Part shown: piece after piece, positions 49,801 to 62,889 of the stretch
How the letters are laid out: each line of letters begins with the position of its first letter
Position numbering within the stretch: the stretch's first letter is position 1
NCBI RefSeq assembly: GCF_018977255.1
Contig: NW_024704743.1
Location: 9,736,001-9,800,000, forward strand
Origin: Callorhinchus milii
Taxonomy: Eukaryota
DNA length: 64,000 nucleotides
Reading direction: 5' to 3'
Program-made: the position numbers and the translations under genes
The notes under the pieces: model-generated
The model's database searches: none
The model's input: only the letters and a program-made list of their open reading frames with translations
Told to the model about the DNA's origin: nothing

Positions 49801-50541
49801 CCTCGGTGTTCTGTTCGACCCTGAGCTGTCCTTTCTCCCTCATATCCGCGCCACAATTGGCACCGCCTTCCATCACCTCCGGAACATCGCCAGACTACGG
49901 CACTACCTCACCCCTCACGCTGCTGAAACTCTGGTCCACGCCTTTATCACCTCAAGGCTGGACTATGGGAACTCTCTCCTCGCCGGCCTTCCCGGCACCT
50001 CCCTCCACACTGCAGGTCATTCAGAACTCTGCAGCTCGTGTCCTGTCCCGCACCAGGCTTCACGACCACATCACTCCCACCCTCGCTCGCCTCCACTGGC
50101 TCCCCATCCCCCAGAGGATCAACTTGAAGATCCTGATCCTTACCTACAAGGCCATTCATGGCCTTGCTCACTCCTACCTCTCTATCCCCCTATTTACCTG
50201 CCAGTACACTCCGTTCCTCTGGCTCCGGTCTGCTCCACATCCCCCGCCCCAACCGCCCTACCATCGGTGGCCGGGCCTTCAGCCTCTCAGCCCCTAGGCT
50301 CTGGAACTCCATCCCCCAGTGCCTTCGCCTTGCCTCCTCCTCCTTCAAGGCCGGTCTCAAGACCTTTCTCTTTGACCGTGCCTTCAGCTCCCCTCTCGAC
50401 TCTCTACCCCCTCCTCGCTCCCTCCCTTCCCTCCCCTCACCATTTCCCCCCTGCTCGGGTCCTGACCCAACTGTACAGCGCCTTGGGACGTCCTCCCGAC
50501 GTGAAAAGCGCTCTATAAATGGAATCTTGTTGTTGTTGTTG
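46890..50541 (+). mobile_element. Near full-length L2 LINE in CCNY intron 1, sense orientation (5' boundary uncertain)
   Basis: APE endonuclease and RT domains (next feature); 3' tail CAGCGCCTTGGGACGTCCTCCCGACGTGAAAAGCGCTCTATAAATG followed by (TTG)n; CpG-rich leader. Confidence 0.9.
47383..50400 (+). pseudogene. L2 endonuclease/reverse transcriptase ORF, disrupted
   Basis: EN motifs LQNVRSL, MALTETWL, LYRPP, LGDFNLH, PTHSHGHPLDLV, SDHH; RT motifs YRPISNLPFLSKVLERVV, QSGF, LLDLSAAFDTVNH, GVPQ, CADDTQLY (YADD changed to CADD); C-terminal SRLDYGNSLL, LHWLP. Several frameshifts and a stop near 48984. Confidence 0.92.
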
Positions 50542-52502
50542 TCATGCTATGCAAGTTGTTGAATCTCTTTTCCCACACCCTTTCCTCTCTGTTTTCCAAA
50601 CCAATTGTATCTCCAACCCTGTTGCCTCACTCCCACTCCTCTGTCAAGCGCTTTGAGTTGTTCTCCTACATAATTATTGTTGTAACTTTAAAACCTGAAA
50701 GAGCTTCAATTAATAATCCAGGTCATTTCTGTTAAAGGGACACTGTCTGGATGATGTCCAGTAGAACCTCATTCTAACATGCTTTGCTGCTATTATAAGT
50801 GTAAAAGCTTTATTGCTTTATTATATTTATCAGCCTGGCGCAGTGGTAGCACTCTTACCTCTGAGTCAGAAAGTTGTGGGTTCAAGCCATAAGTCAGGAC
50901 TTTGAATCACATAGTCTAAGATGACACTCTAATACATTGTTGGAGGTGCTGTCCAGGGTCTGTTCAAATCAAATTCAAGTGTTAATATTATAATAATAAT
51001 AAAGCGGATGTTAAAGATTCTATTCGAAAAGAGAAGTGAGTTTCTCCCAATGTCTTGGCCTACAGTTCCCCAAAATAAAAATTGGTCACTCACTCCATGG
51101 CTTTTTGGGACATTGATGTGTGCAAAAAATGCATGGTCAATCCACTTTATGGTATATCCTGTGATGTACTGCGAGACGTCTCAACAATGTAATAAGGTGA
51201 TATATCAAATGCAAGGATTATAAATTATTATAATTTACTTAGCAGAAAAATCCAAAATGCACCTCAAAAGCTGACTGGCCTGCTTCAAAACGCTGGCTGG
51301 CTTTCTCTCTAGATAATGGCTGAATTTCAAGACACCAGGTTACTGCCAATGGAAGTGACATCAGTAGCGATTTGATGATCTGGAAGTCGACTGTTTTTTA
51401 GTACGTGGATAACTGACCTGTGCTTTGAAGCGAGTGTTTTTCTACACGTGTGTAAATGCGGCAGCTCTGAAAGGTGATCGTATTCCGTTATAATAATAAT
51501 ACTTGAATTTGATATAGCACCTTATGGCGCTGCTTGATATTTTATGAGCTGCCAACTACCATCCTACAGTAGGGGCTCTAGAAATCTATGTTGAGGGAGA
51601 AGAGCAGTTTCTTATTGTTGATATTTGTTTCATTAAATAATCTCAGCAATGCCTTTCAATATGATTTCTGTTTTTCTGCCATGCATCTGTAAATCAACGG
51701 GGAACCCAGATTGCTGAACACTTTTTCACAAAGGCTGAGTCCCTTTTGAATGTATGAATTTGGGCACCTCAGCATTTTAAAAATAATAATCCTTACATTT
51801 GGTATACCAGGAGGACATCTTAATTCCTTCACAGTAAAGTGGAGTAACTGTTTTGTGAGCGAACCTCGCAGCTAAGTTATACACAGCAATGTTACACAAT
51901 AATAATTCTTGCATTTGATATTCCGCCGTATCACGTCTTCGAGACGTCTCAATATGCTTTACAGAATATACTGTAAAGTGAATTGACTGTATAGTTTGTG
52001 GGCACTAACTGCTGCAAAGCAAATAACCAATTTTATTAACTACTCAGGAATTCACTCTTAAAATTGTTAGCAACGATTAGATATTCTGCAGTACTTTTGT
52101 AATACTGGCAGTGGAAGAAAGATTTTGTGAGATCTACAATGGTGTAATAGCATTTATAAATGCTGTATTATGGTAGGCTTTAGAAATGTAATTAAACAGC
52201 GATTCACCGAGGACATGTTTTACTACCTTCTGCTGCATTCCACCTGGTGCTTAATCCTTACGGCATGCAGAATGTCACACTGAATTCAACTATAACCTTC
52301 CCTGCTCTCCCCTCCCCCTCACATATGCAGCTATTCTGTTGCTGGCCTTCTGATCTGTGAATGGTATCACTATCAAAAATCACGAGCTACAACCAGTGAT
52401 TCCTCAGGAGCAGTACTGAGTGTTTTCAAAAGCACATCTACACATTTGCTTCAGTGCATTGTTAAGGGAACTTTGCATTGCTTTATGTGCTACCTATTAC
52501 AA

Positions 52503-53070
52503 ACATAGAAACAGCAGTAGGTCATTCAATCCCTCGAGCCTGTTCCGCCCTTCTATAAAATCATGGCTGATCTGTACCTCAACTCCCAATTACCCGCCCT
52601 TTGCCCCATATCTCTTGATACCCTGACCTAACAAATATCTATCCACCTCAATGTTGAAAATTTGAATGGATCCAACATCCACAGCCTTTTGGGAAAGAGC
52701 GTTCCAGATTTCTACTCCCCTTTGGGTGAAAAACTGCCTCCTGATTTCACTCCTAAATAGCCTAACTTTAATTTTAAGATGATGCCCCCATATTCTGCAT
52801 TCCTCCACCAGAGGAAATAGTTTGATAGCTACTCTAACTAATTAAATTATTATTTTAAAAACCTTAATCAGATCACCCCCTCAATCTTTTAAACTCAAGG
52901 GAATACAGACCAAGTTTATGCAATCTGTCTTCATAATTTAACCCTTTTAGCCCTGCTATCATTCTGGTGATCTGCACTGTAACCCCTCCAGAGCCAATAT
53001 ATCCTGAGATGTGTTGCCCAAAACTGAATACAATACTCCAGATGGGGTCTGACCAAGGCTCTATACAGAT
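52503..53070 (-). mobile_element. CR1 3' fragment, different subfamily
   Basis: GHHLKIKVRLFRSEIRRQFFTQRGVEIWNAL; tail TTTCTATGTTT. Confidence 0.8.
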
Positions 53071-56000
53071 GAATTTAGATGAGGCATTACACTAAGCTCC
53101 TGTCTGCCAGTTGTTCTGGTGCACTTTAAAAGATCTCACTGGTACTATTTAAGAGACATTGTGTTTCTCCCTGCTGTGCTGTCTAACAATCCTGACCAAC
53201 AGCCCCTCTCTCCTGATTAATCAATCATTCATCCCATGGCTTTTTTTGAGTCTTTGCTGTACTTATAATAACTTGTGTTTGTCTATTAAAGACAGTCATT
53301 TTTGTAATGACACATTACAACAATTATTGTGAAGTGCTTTTATAACAATATTATAAGTGCTATAAAAATGGAAGTTTCATTCAAGCATAAATTCTGCTCC
53401 TTATAGTGTGATAGCAATACATTGCCTCCAGACAATTCAGTTTTATTTTCTTCTAAAACTTTTTTAAAATAAGATAATCCTTGTATTTGATACAGAACCT
53501 AATCACTCATCAAAATATCTCAAAGCGCTTCACAGAATTTATAGTAAAGTTTCGCCCACAAAATATAGTCAATTCTTAATATAGGATATTCTGTGAAGTG
53601 CTTTTAGATCTCTTGAAGATGTGATAACGCATTATATCAAATGCAAATTTTTATTATTAAAGTGTAGTGATTGAGAATTTTGTAGGCCTACAAAATACTC
53701 AGTCATTACACTTTAATAATAATAAAAATTTGTGGGACATTGTGTACAGCAATATCCCACAAATAGCCATGAAGTAGTTGGGAGATTGTTGGTCAGGTTG
53801 CCGGGAGAAACATTTTTCTCTTTTCAAATAGTGCCATGGGGTCTTTAATGTCCACCTGAACAAGCAGATAGGAGCTTAGTTTATATTGCCATCATCTGAA
53901 GGATGATGACAATGCAGAATTCTGACAATGCAGAATTCCCCCAGCACTGTGATGGAGCATCAACAATGACTATGTGAGTTCAAAGTACTGACGTGGAGCA
54001 GGCGGATACACTTGAATCATACACGTTGATTTAAATCTCTTGCACCATGTGCCGCAGGTGTGTAATCTGACCTGGAAATATTGCAGATTATGTGTCCTTT
54101 GAGTTTTTAAAAACAAATCGCTTCAGTCAACAAACATTAGCCGCTGAGGTTGTTCAGGAATGGAAATGATTACAGTATGTATAGAATGCCAGTCATTTTC
54201 TATTTTTCATTCCCATTCACTCACAGAAGAGAATTGCTGTATTGTAAATACAAGAACTTCTATTCCATGTACAAGTTTCTGGTACGTTACAAGCATTCTC
54301 TACTGTTCTAGTCACCATTTGTAGAGGGTTTAGGATTCCCCCCACCCAATGTTGATGGAGGCAATATTACTGTAATGTTTGCCAGAGCAGGAGCAATGAA
54401 ATTGCAGCTGTGAAAATGTTCATTTTCATTCGATATTTACTGAACTGGAATTGACTTTATTACTTTTTTTAAAAAAAAACCTTTGTCTAGTTTGCCAGCA
54501 CTCACGGTGGGGCTGGATCAGATGTGATGGGCAGTGATTAGAAAGCAACTCGTACTCTCTGCATTGCTTCTCAGCCATTGATCTAAATGTACCAGAGGAG
54601 CTTATACTTAGGCATGCTAGTGACTTTTGCAGTGACACAGTTAGTAACACAGTTGTCGTGCATTAACCTTTGAGAAGCTGTACTGGTACCTTCTACTCTG
54701 AATTTCTGTCTGTGCTTTTATGTCGTGACTGTCGTGATTTCTTTTTCACACTGAACTGAGCCCGAGTTGTCACAAAGAATACAATAAGTACTTTTCACAT
54801 TTATACAAAGAGTTTTTAAAGTTGAATTCAATGTTCTGAAGTATGGCATTGTGAGAGTTTCATTGTGAGAATTGATGAAATTCTCATTGCAAAAAGACTG
54901 AGTTTCAGCAGATGCGTCTGTGTCACCTGCATGGATTGCCCCAGCAGTCACATAAATGGCCTGTATTTTCTACTCTCATTGTAATTTAGATTCATTTTCT
55001 CTAGTAATATTGTTCACATCCCTTCCATTCTCTTCTCAAGATTTTTAATAATAATAATGTTTCCCCTTTGAGAGAGATGCCATTCGGCTATTGCTTTACC
55101 TAATCTAAGTCGTCTTTTATTTTGTGTGAACCTTAACAGTGAGGATTGACAGGGGGATGGACAAAAGGAATGATTTACAGTTGAGGCAGATCCTACCGTC
55201 AACCAAGGACCGCACCTACACACTTGTCAGCACGGTCTCTGGATAGCAATTTGAGGTGGAAAGCCTGGGTATTTTTCCCCTTTTCTGCCTTAACAAGGGG
55301 TTTTTAGGCCGATTGCAACTCTCTTACGATCTGAGATCAGCTGACTCAGCATGGAGTGGGATTCGAACCTGTAACCAAAATATACAGTCAACCCAGTTCA
55401 CAATATATTCTGTGGAGAGCATTGAGGGGATCAGGTGATCAGGTGCTATATCAAATGCAAGGATAATTATTATTATTACTACAGTGTGTGTCTTACTGCT
55501 GAAGTGGGCAATGCTTTAACCACTGGGTTTTTGGGGGGAACCTCATTAAACGGTCAACATGATGATTTGCAGTTGTTTTAAAAGTACTCTATCTGTTATG
55601 ATTAAGTATCTGGCGAGAATTGCTACTATAGTGATGGCCTGCATCTAGCATTACAAATTGGTATATTTTCATGGAAAAAAACAAGATTGAATTGATGAAA
55701 TTCTCATTGCAAAAAGACTGAGTTTCAGCAGATATGTCAGTGTCGCCTGCATTTAGAACTTGCTAAAGGGATCAATGCGCTATTTCTGCTGCCACATTTG
55801 GAGCCCGGAAAAAAGCCTGCTGATAAACATTCAATAATGGCAACAATGCCCCAACCCCCTTGTTCATTTCAAACCCTTTTGGTTGCTTGATCTTTAAAAT
55901 GAGGCCTAAGTAAAGATTTTTCTTCCCCCGCCTATTCATAACTTGAATTTGGTCTTGTAGGAGTAAAGTGTTAAAAAGAATGATACGGCATTGGAGATGA

Positions 56001-57374
56001 ACTAGTTCCCACTGTTGTTAATTCTCCACTTGAGCCCTTACCCCTCTGAAGTGCATTCATATATTCCCAAGCTCAGAAAGTACTGCGTTGGTATCTCTCA
56101 CTTAGGGCATTGGTATTCTCCTTTAACAATAACTAAAACTAAGTAAGTTTTCATTTGTGATCCTTATATGGATAGAGTGCTTTCAATGGCTGGTAAATTA
56201 TGTGCTTTCAGGTAGTTAGACTCCAGTAGTACAGGAGGGGGTGGTTGGGGGGTGAAATCCCAAACTTTGGCTCTTGTCAACTTGTGCCTAATACTGTCTA
56301 GAATTCCGTAAACAGGATGTGTGTCTCCGGGCAGAAAGTGTGTATTCCAGTTCAGACACAGGGACTGATACATATTTAAACTCTCACTCTGGTTTGAATA
56401 TTAAGAATGGTGCTGGGGTTTTCAAATGTGTCAGACACCTGGCTGTCCAAAAAACCCTAGTTTCATGTTATTACAATAATCTACTTAATGACAATGCCTC
56501 AAGCACATAAGAGTTCCCAGATTTGGATAATTCGGAATATAGGAAATTATCCTGAAATGTACTGTTGATCATTTAAATCTGACTGTGTCCTTATTAATTA
56601 CTCATTGGCTTGGGCATCCTCTTCTGTTCCATAGTTGCCAGGCAGAGGAGCTTATGCCATGGATGATCAGGTTTTTGTTTTTGAGGTTAAGAGGAAAATG
56701 CGGGCTGGAGCTTAGTAGACAAACACTGGTCCACTAAACTTTGACATATTAGGAATGGTATTAGGCAAACCATACGTTTATGCCAGAAGCTCGTGCCAAC
56801 AGCTCAAGCATGGCTTGCACCAGATATTTAGCAGATTGTCCTTTCCAATGGGCTAAAGTTTAGTCAAAAATGGAAATGATTCTGCCATTGATTATTATTA
56901 ATAATACAATAATAAATTAATTAATAATTAACAGGATACAATGTAAAATATAGTGAATATATCAATCCATTAATCATAATAATCATAAATAATAATAATC
57001 CTTACATTTGATATAGCCTGTTATGATTTCATCAAGATGTCTCAAAGGACTTCATAAGAGTTTACTGTGAAATATGGTGACCGCGTATTTTTTAGTCCAT
57101 TTACCAATTTGTATCTGAGGGATTGTTGACCAGGATACAGGGAGAAATTCATTTTTCATTTCCTATAAGTGACACAGGATCTTTCACCCTGAACAGGCGG
57201 ACGGTCTCGGATTAACATATCTCATCAAAATAAATTAATAATTAACTGGAACACTACCCTGTATGAGGGGCGCTGTGTAAATGTGAGTTGTTGTTGAATT
57301 ACGGCACTTGTGTCAATTCAGCACACTCCCAACATTGCATGGATTGCATTAGGTTCTTTGTCTCATGACTAAAT

Positions 57375-57822
57375 AATAATCCTTGCATTTTATATAATAA
57401 TAATAATCCTTGCATTTGATATAGCGCTTTTCATGTCGGGAGGACGTCCCAAAGCGCTTCACAGAACACACTGTAAAGTGAATTGATTATATTTGTGGGC
57501 GAACGCGGCAGCCAATTGCGCACAGCAATGTCCCACAAACAGTCGTAGATTGAAAATGACCAATTTATTATTGTTTTTAGTTTTGGAGGGATTATTATTA
57601 ATAATACTACTCCAAATAATAATAACGGTGATTATTATTATAGACATCTATAGCATAAAGGTCCACAAAGAGCAGCTTGATTGTTATTACTTTGGAAGGG
57701 TTTTGGAGTGTGGAGGCGTGTGGAGTAAGGAAACTTGCCCAAGGTTTCGCCCTCTGCCTGGAATTGAACTCGGGTCTCTCGCTTGCAAAGCGAGTGCTCT
57801 AACCACTGAGCTACAGGACTCC
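57375..57822 (-). mobile_element. Young tRNA-SINE with about 110-bp internal scrambled insertion and duplicated tail
   Basis: Reverse complement of the 15472 copy except about 57600-57713. Confidence 0.9.
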
Positions 57823-60800
57823 ATACAGCGCCTCATCACCTCACCAAGACGTTTCAAAGCGCTTCAAAGTATATGCATTAAAGTGATGTGACTATGTATT
57901 TTGTGGGGCAAACAATTTTGCACACATCAAACTCCATAAACAGCCATGGAATTGGTGACCAATTTTATTTGTGAGGATTATTGGCCATAGTTGCGGACTG
58001 ACTCCCCAAAAGGTCTTGGGATATGGGGATAAAATGGGGGGGGGGGGCGTTGATTCATGGGGGAGAAGAGTGATTTGTAGGGAGCGATGATTCAGCCTAA
58101 AAGCTCCATGCAATTAAAAACTTGGGCCTTAAACAGGAGGGCGAGATCCAATTGGTGATTGGCTGATGTAGCTGTCACTCATCAGAGAGGAGGGGCTCTG
58201 GGCAATGATTGGCTGGTCCGAACTATCATTCACCCGGATCTCGGGCTCTGGGGTAGTAAGTATTGGGAGTCAATCACAGGGAAATTTCTTGATTTCCCAC
58301 ATACCCAGTCTGTCCCTGGTTGATCATGACACAAGCTTCTCCCTCTGAATGGTCATAATTCAAATAGATGACTTGTGGATCTCAATCTCCTTTCTGGTAG
58401 GCGTTTTCAGCAAAAACAACAACTTGTATTTATATAGTGCCCCTCATGCCGGGTAGCGTCACAGAGCACTTTTCTCCTCTACACCTGTATTTGTAGACCA
58501 GGGGACCTCAATCTTGTGATTCACATGGCACTATTGCATGGCTGTTTGTGGCACATTGCTGGGTGCAAATTAGCTGCCATGTTCGCCTACAAATAGTAAT
58601 TACACTTCACAAGGAAAATCTTGTAAAATGCTTTGAGAGGTTTTGACAGTGGGATAAAGTGCTATATCAAATGCAAGGATTTTTCTTCTTCATTAATTTC
58701 CCCTTCCCTTTCTCATTTTCACCTTTTTGTTTACTGGGATCATTTAACTCAGCACAGACCAGCTATCAAGCTTTTGACCTTTCTGACTGAAATGGCTAAA
58801 TGCAGGACAATGAGCTTGAGGAAAATTAAATAACCTGGATTTAATAGTTTGTTTGTAGTAAAAGTTGTGTTTCTGCAGGTTTCTCTTTGTTAATGTACTG
58901 TTTGTGTTACAGATTAAGGGGCTACAGGCAGGGTGAGGTACATGTCAAAGGGCTGGTTGACTTGACCTCTGCTCTTTGTATCTTCTCCTTTCCCCCCCAT
59001 TCCCTTTCCCTATCCCTTATCTCCCCACCACTGTACCTCTGTACACAGAGCTTTCTGTGTGGAAAATCTTGGGCACGAACCAAGTTCCTTCTTTGACAAC
59101 GCTTTGACTACAATCTGTACTTGGAATTCAACAGAAGCTATTTTCTTGTAGCAAAGAGGGCAACTCTGAATTTATGTTTAGAGTAGTTTCAAATAAGCCT
59201 TAACCGCCCCCACATTAAGGAATTCTGTGACCTAAGGGCTATGCTAACATTTTATTTATGAAAAATGTCTGACAAATCTCCCTACGTTTGTTTACATATG
59301 TTTAGATGTTGGTAGAAACCTAATAGTATTATAATCCATCCTTCTCATGAGATATTAAACTCACTGCCCTGTTGCCATTTGCCTGTTCAGTTGGATGTTA
59401 AAGATCCCATGGCAGTATTTGAAAAGAGAAGGGAGTTTCTCCCAGTGTCCTGGCCAACAATTCCCCCAGTGAGGAAAAAAAATGAGCATTCACTGAATGG
59501 CTGTTTGTTGGACATTGCTGTATGCAAATTGGTTGCAGCAATTGCCTACAAAATGCGTTGTTATCATCTGAAGTTCTTGAGATGCCCTCCTGATCTGAAA
59601 GACACTATATCAAATGCAAGGATTATTATTTTTTATTATAATTAAGTTGGTGTAATTCTAAGTATAGTATCATTGCTGTAATCCATGGCTTTCACAATTA
59701 AATCAGCTTTTCACAATTTTAAGCAAAATCTTTCTGCGCTCCCCTCCTCTGCCCGCATGGTCTCTGTGTCTCTGTTCTGATTTCAAAATGTGCTTTTAAA
59801 AAGTTTGCTTTGACCATATCTTCAATCAATGCCTTTTAAACAAACCCCTCTTATCCTTCCACCTCAGGGATTTCCCCCATCGCCAGTGCAGAGAGCTGCA
59901 AGATGTTTGTCCTATGTGCAAGGTCCAATATAAATGCACATTGCTTGACTCTTTCTTCCTTCCATTTTGCTGTTTGAACCTTTATACTTTTTACACTTTG
60001 ATTTGAATAAATGTTTACACTTCGATACTATACTTTTTACTCTTTGATTCAAGTAACTAATCTGCAATTTTTCATTCGCAATTTTTCATCTGCTAATTTA
60101 AAGTTTTGAGTTTGGTTCCTGCAGATTTGCTTGGTCTCTTCCCAGTTTGAGATCAAAATGTTGTCTACTTAGGAGTCTCCTAATTGACTGAAAGAGAATG
60201 CTTTGAAAGCCGCTTGTCTTCAGTCTGTCAGTTGGGAGGCAGAACGTTAACAGCTTGATCTGGACATGATATTGGAGCAACCATTTCAAACTACTGTATA
60301 ATGCGGGAAATCCCCCCCCCCCCCCCCCACAGCATTCAGTGTGAAGTGGCCTCAGGAATGGTTTGGATACACTATAAACGTGGTGATAGGTTTCTGCCTG
60401 TGTCAGACCAAAAGCAAAGAATTAGCTTAATAATAATCTTTGAATTTAATATAACACCACTGACACTGGGAGGACATCTCAAAACATTTCACATGATTCA
60501 CTCACTGCAAAGCAAAGTGACTATGGTTGATTTCCAGATCCAGTTTCATTTCTTTTTTTAAAATGGGTTAATTACACCACAGGGAGGTTTTAAAGTTTGC
60601 TTTCACAATGCTTCTGTTCATTTGCTTCTGTTCATCACAAGTGATGAAAAATAACCTTTTTTAAACAAAGAAAAGCATAATTAGCAAAACACTTTAAGAC
60701 CCGAACTTCTGAGCATTGCCTTACTGTTCTTGTTTGTTCACAACATGATGCCAATTAAGTATAAATGCTGCTTGCATACAATACTGTATTATACTTTCCG

Positions 60801-62413
60801 ATTCCTCTCTGTCCTAATAATAATCCTTGAATTTGAAATAGCGCCTTATCACATCTTCGAGATGTCTCAAAGCATTTCACAGAATATACTGTACAGGGAA
60901 TTGACTGTATAGTTTGTGAAATGTGGCAGCTAATTGGCAGCAGTATCCCACAAACTGTCATGGATTGAGTGACCAAGAATATTATTTTATTTAATAAATA
61001 TATATAAATGCATTTATAAATAAAGGTTTGCTCAACAAGGCAATGAAAAAGTGACCCTTTGAGATCTATATATTCAGAAATCTGTGTTCTGAAATGCATT
61101 TGTGTTATGACTCTTCATTCAGTTAAAGCTTGTGAAACGGAGAGGCATAGTATTAGTGTTTCCTTTACGGTAAGGACTTTGTCACTACATGGGGGATCAC
61201 TTCAGCAGTCATGCAGTTTCTGGACAGAAAAAAGACACTCTTAGGGTGGAAATTTCTAATGTTGCAAAATGAGGGATAATGACAATGAATGTCTATACCC
61301 GACATTCACCTCTGTTGACTCACATCACCGATGTGGCCCCACCTAGCAGCTTGAGGGAATTTCCCTTCCCCCATGTAGAATGTGCGAGAAGCCAGCTCCT
61401 ATACCACTCAATCCAAAAGTGGTCAGTTTCTTTTGCAGGCGGAGGTCGGACAGTCACTATACCTACCTGTGGAGACTGGCTGGCAGGCTTGTGCCATTTC
61501 AGTGGAATGCCAGGGGGTACCTGGTAGGATATTGAATATTACTATCCTCTGAGGTTGGTTAGTGTTGGTTCGTGAATTTGGCTTCTCGGTAATCAGCAAC
61601 TTGCATTTATATATCGCCTTTCGTGCAGGGTAGTTTCTCGTAGGGCTGAACAAGTTAACTTGGTGATTGTATTGTTACACATTCAGCATCAATCTCACTG
61701 TGAAATGAAGTGCATGGTTGTACTCTTGTCCTGGTTAATGACTGCAGCACACATTGGAATGCACTTCCATTGTTTTCAATGAGGAAGTGTGCACTGGGCG
61801 TGTTGGAAATTCAATTCATGTGTGTTAACAGGCAGAAAGGCCATACAGTACAATTTATATCACTGGCATGGTACTGTGTGGCCATTGTGCACAAGTCCAT
61901 CTACACACTTCCACCTTCCACTATCAGTACAGCTATTAAACACTGATGGAAAGAGTGGCACATGTGCTATTCAATGAGCTACCCAGTTCGCTGACCTTAC
62001 AAGCTATTCCTTATTTATTTAAGGAAGCATCATCTTCGTGGCAAACCTTTTCTCATTTTGGTCCTCGTTTCTTGTACAGCTCTGGTTTGGTTGCTTGTAT
62101 TCTCACCCCTGAGTCAAAAGGTTGAAGGTTCAAGCCTCAAGTTGGAACTTTGTATTCATACAGTCTAGGCTTGTGCTCCAATGCAGTGCTGTGTGTGTCA
62201 GAGTGGCATTGTCAGAGGTGCCATCGTTTGGATGAGATGTTAAACCGAGGTCCTGTTAGCCTGTTCAGGTGGATGTTAAAGATCCCAAGGCACTATTCAA
62301 AATGAGAAGGTAGTGTCCTGGCCAAAAATCTCCCGAAATAAAGTTAGTCATTCATTTCATGACTGTTTATTAGACATTATTGTGTGCAAATTTGATGCTG
62401 TGTTGGCCTACAA

Positions 62414-62484
62414 CAGGGTGATCCAATCTTTAGCTGCTGAGGGCCGAATGAAATCAGCTTGCAGGCTGGATGTCGACCACCATG
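62414..62484. mobile_element. 71-bp hAT-type micro-MITE inserted into a Deu-SINE
   Basis: Ends CAGGGTGATCCAA / revcomp CATGGTGGTCGAC; 8-bp TSD GCCTACAA (62406-62413) / GTCTACAA (62485-62492). Confidence 0.7.
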
Positions 62485-62565
62485 GTCTACAAAATAATGG
62501 TCACTACACATTAAACTGCTTTGAAACTTCTTCCTGATGTGAAAGGTGTTGTATCAAATATAATG

Positions 62566-62889
62566 GCGTCCTGTAGCTCAGTGGTTAGAGCACTCGCTTT
62601 GCAAGTGAGAGACCTGAGTTCAATTCCAGGCAGAGGGCGAAACCCTGGGCAAGTTTCCTTACTCCAGACGCCTAATAATAATCCCTCCAAAAAAACCAAA
62701 AACAATAATTAAATTGGTCATTTTCAATCTACGACTGTTTGTGGGACATTGCTGTGCGCAATTGGCTGCCGCGTTCGCCCACAAATATACAGTCAATTCA
62801 CTTTACAATGTGTTCTGTAAAGCGCTTTGGGACATCCTCCTGACGTGAAAAGCGCTATATCAAATGCAAGGATTATTATTATTATTATA
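62566..62889 (+). mobile_element. Young tRNA-SINE, full length
   Basis: Near-identical to 15472-15795. Confidence 0.92.

Noticed and set aside
58913..58937. Micro-exon between TTACAG and GTGAGG/GTACAT
   Set aside because: No similarity to CCNY exon 2; motif-only evidence.
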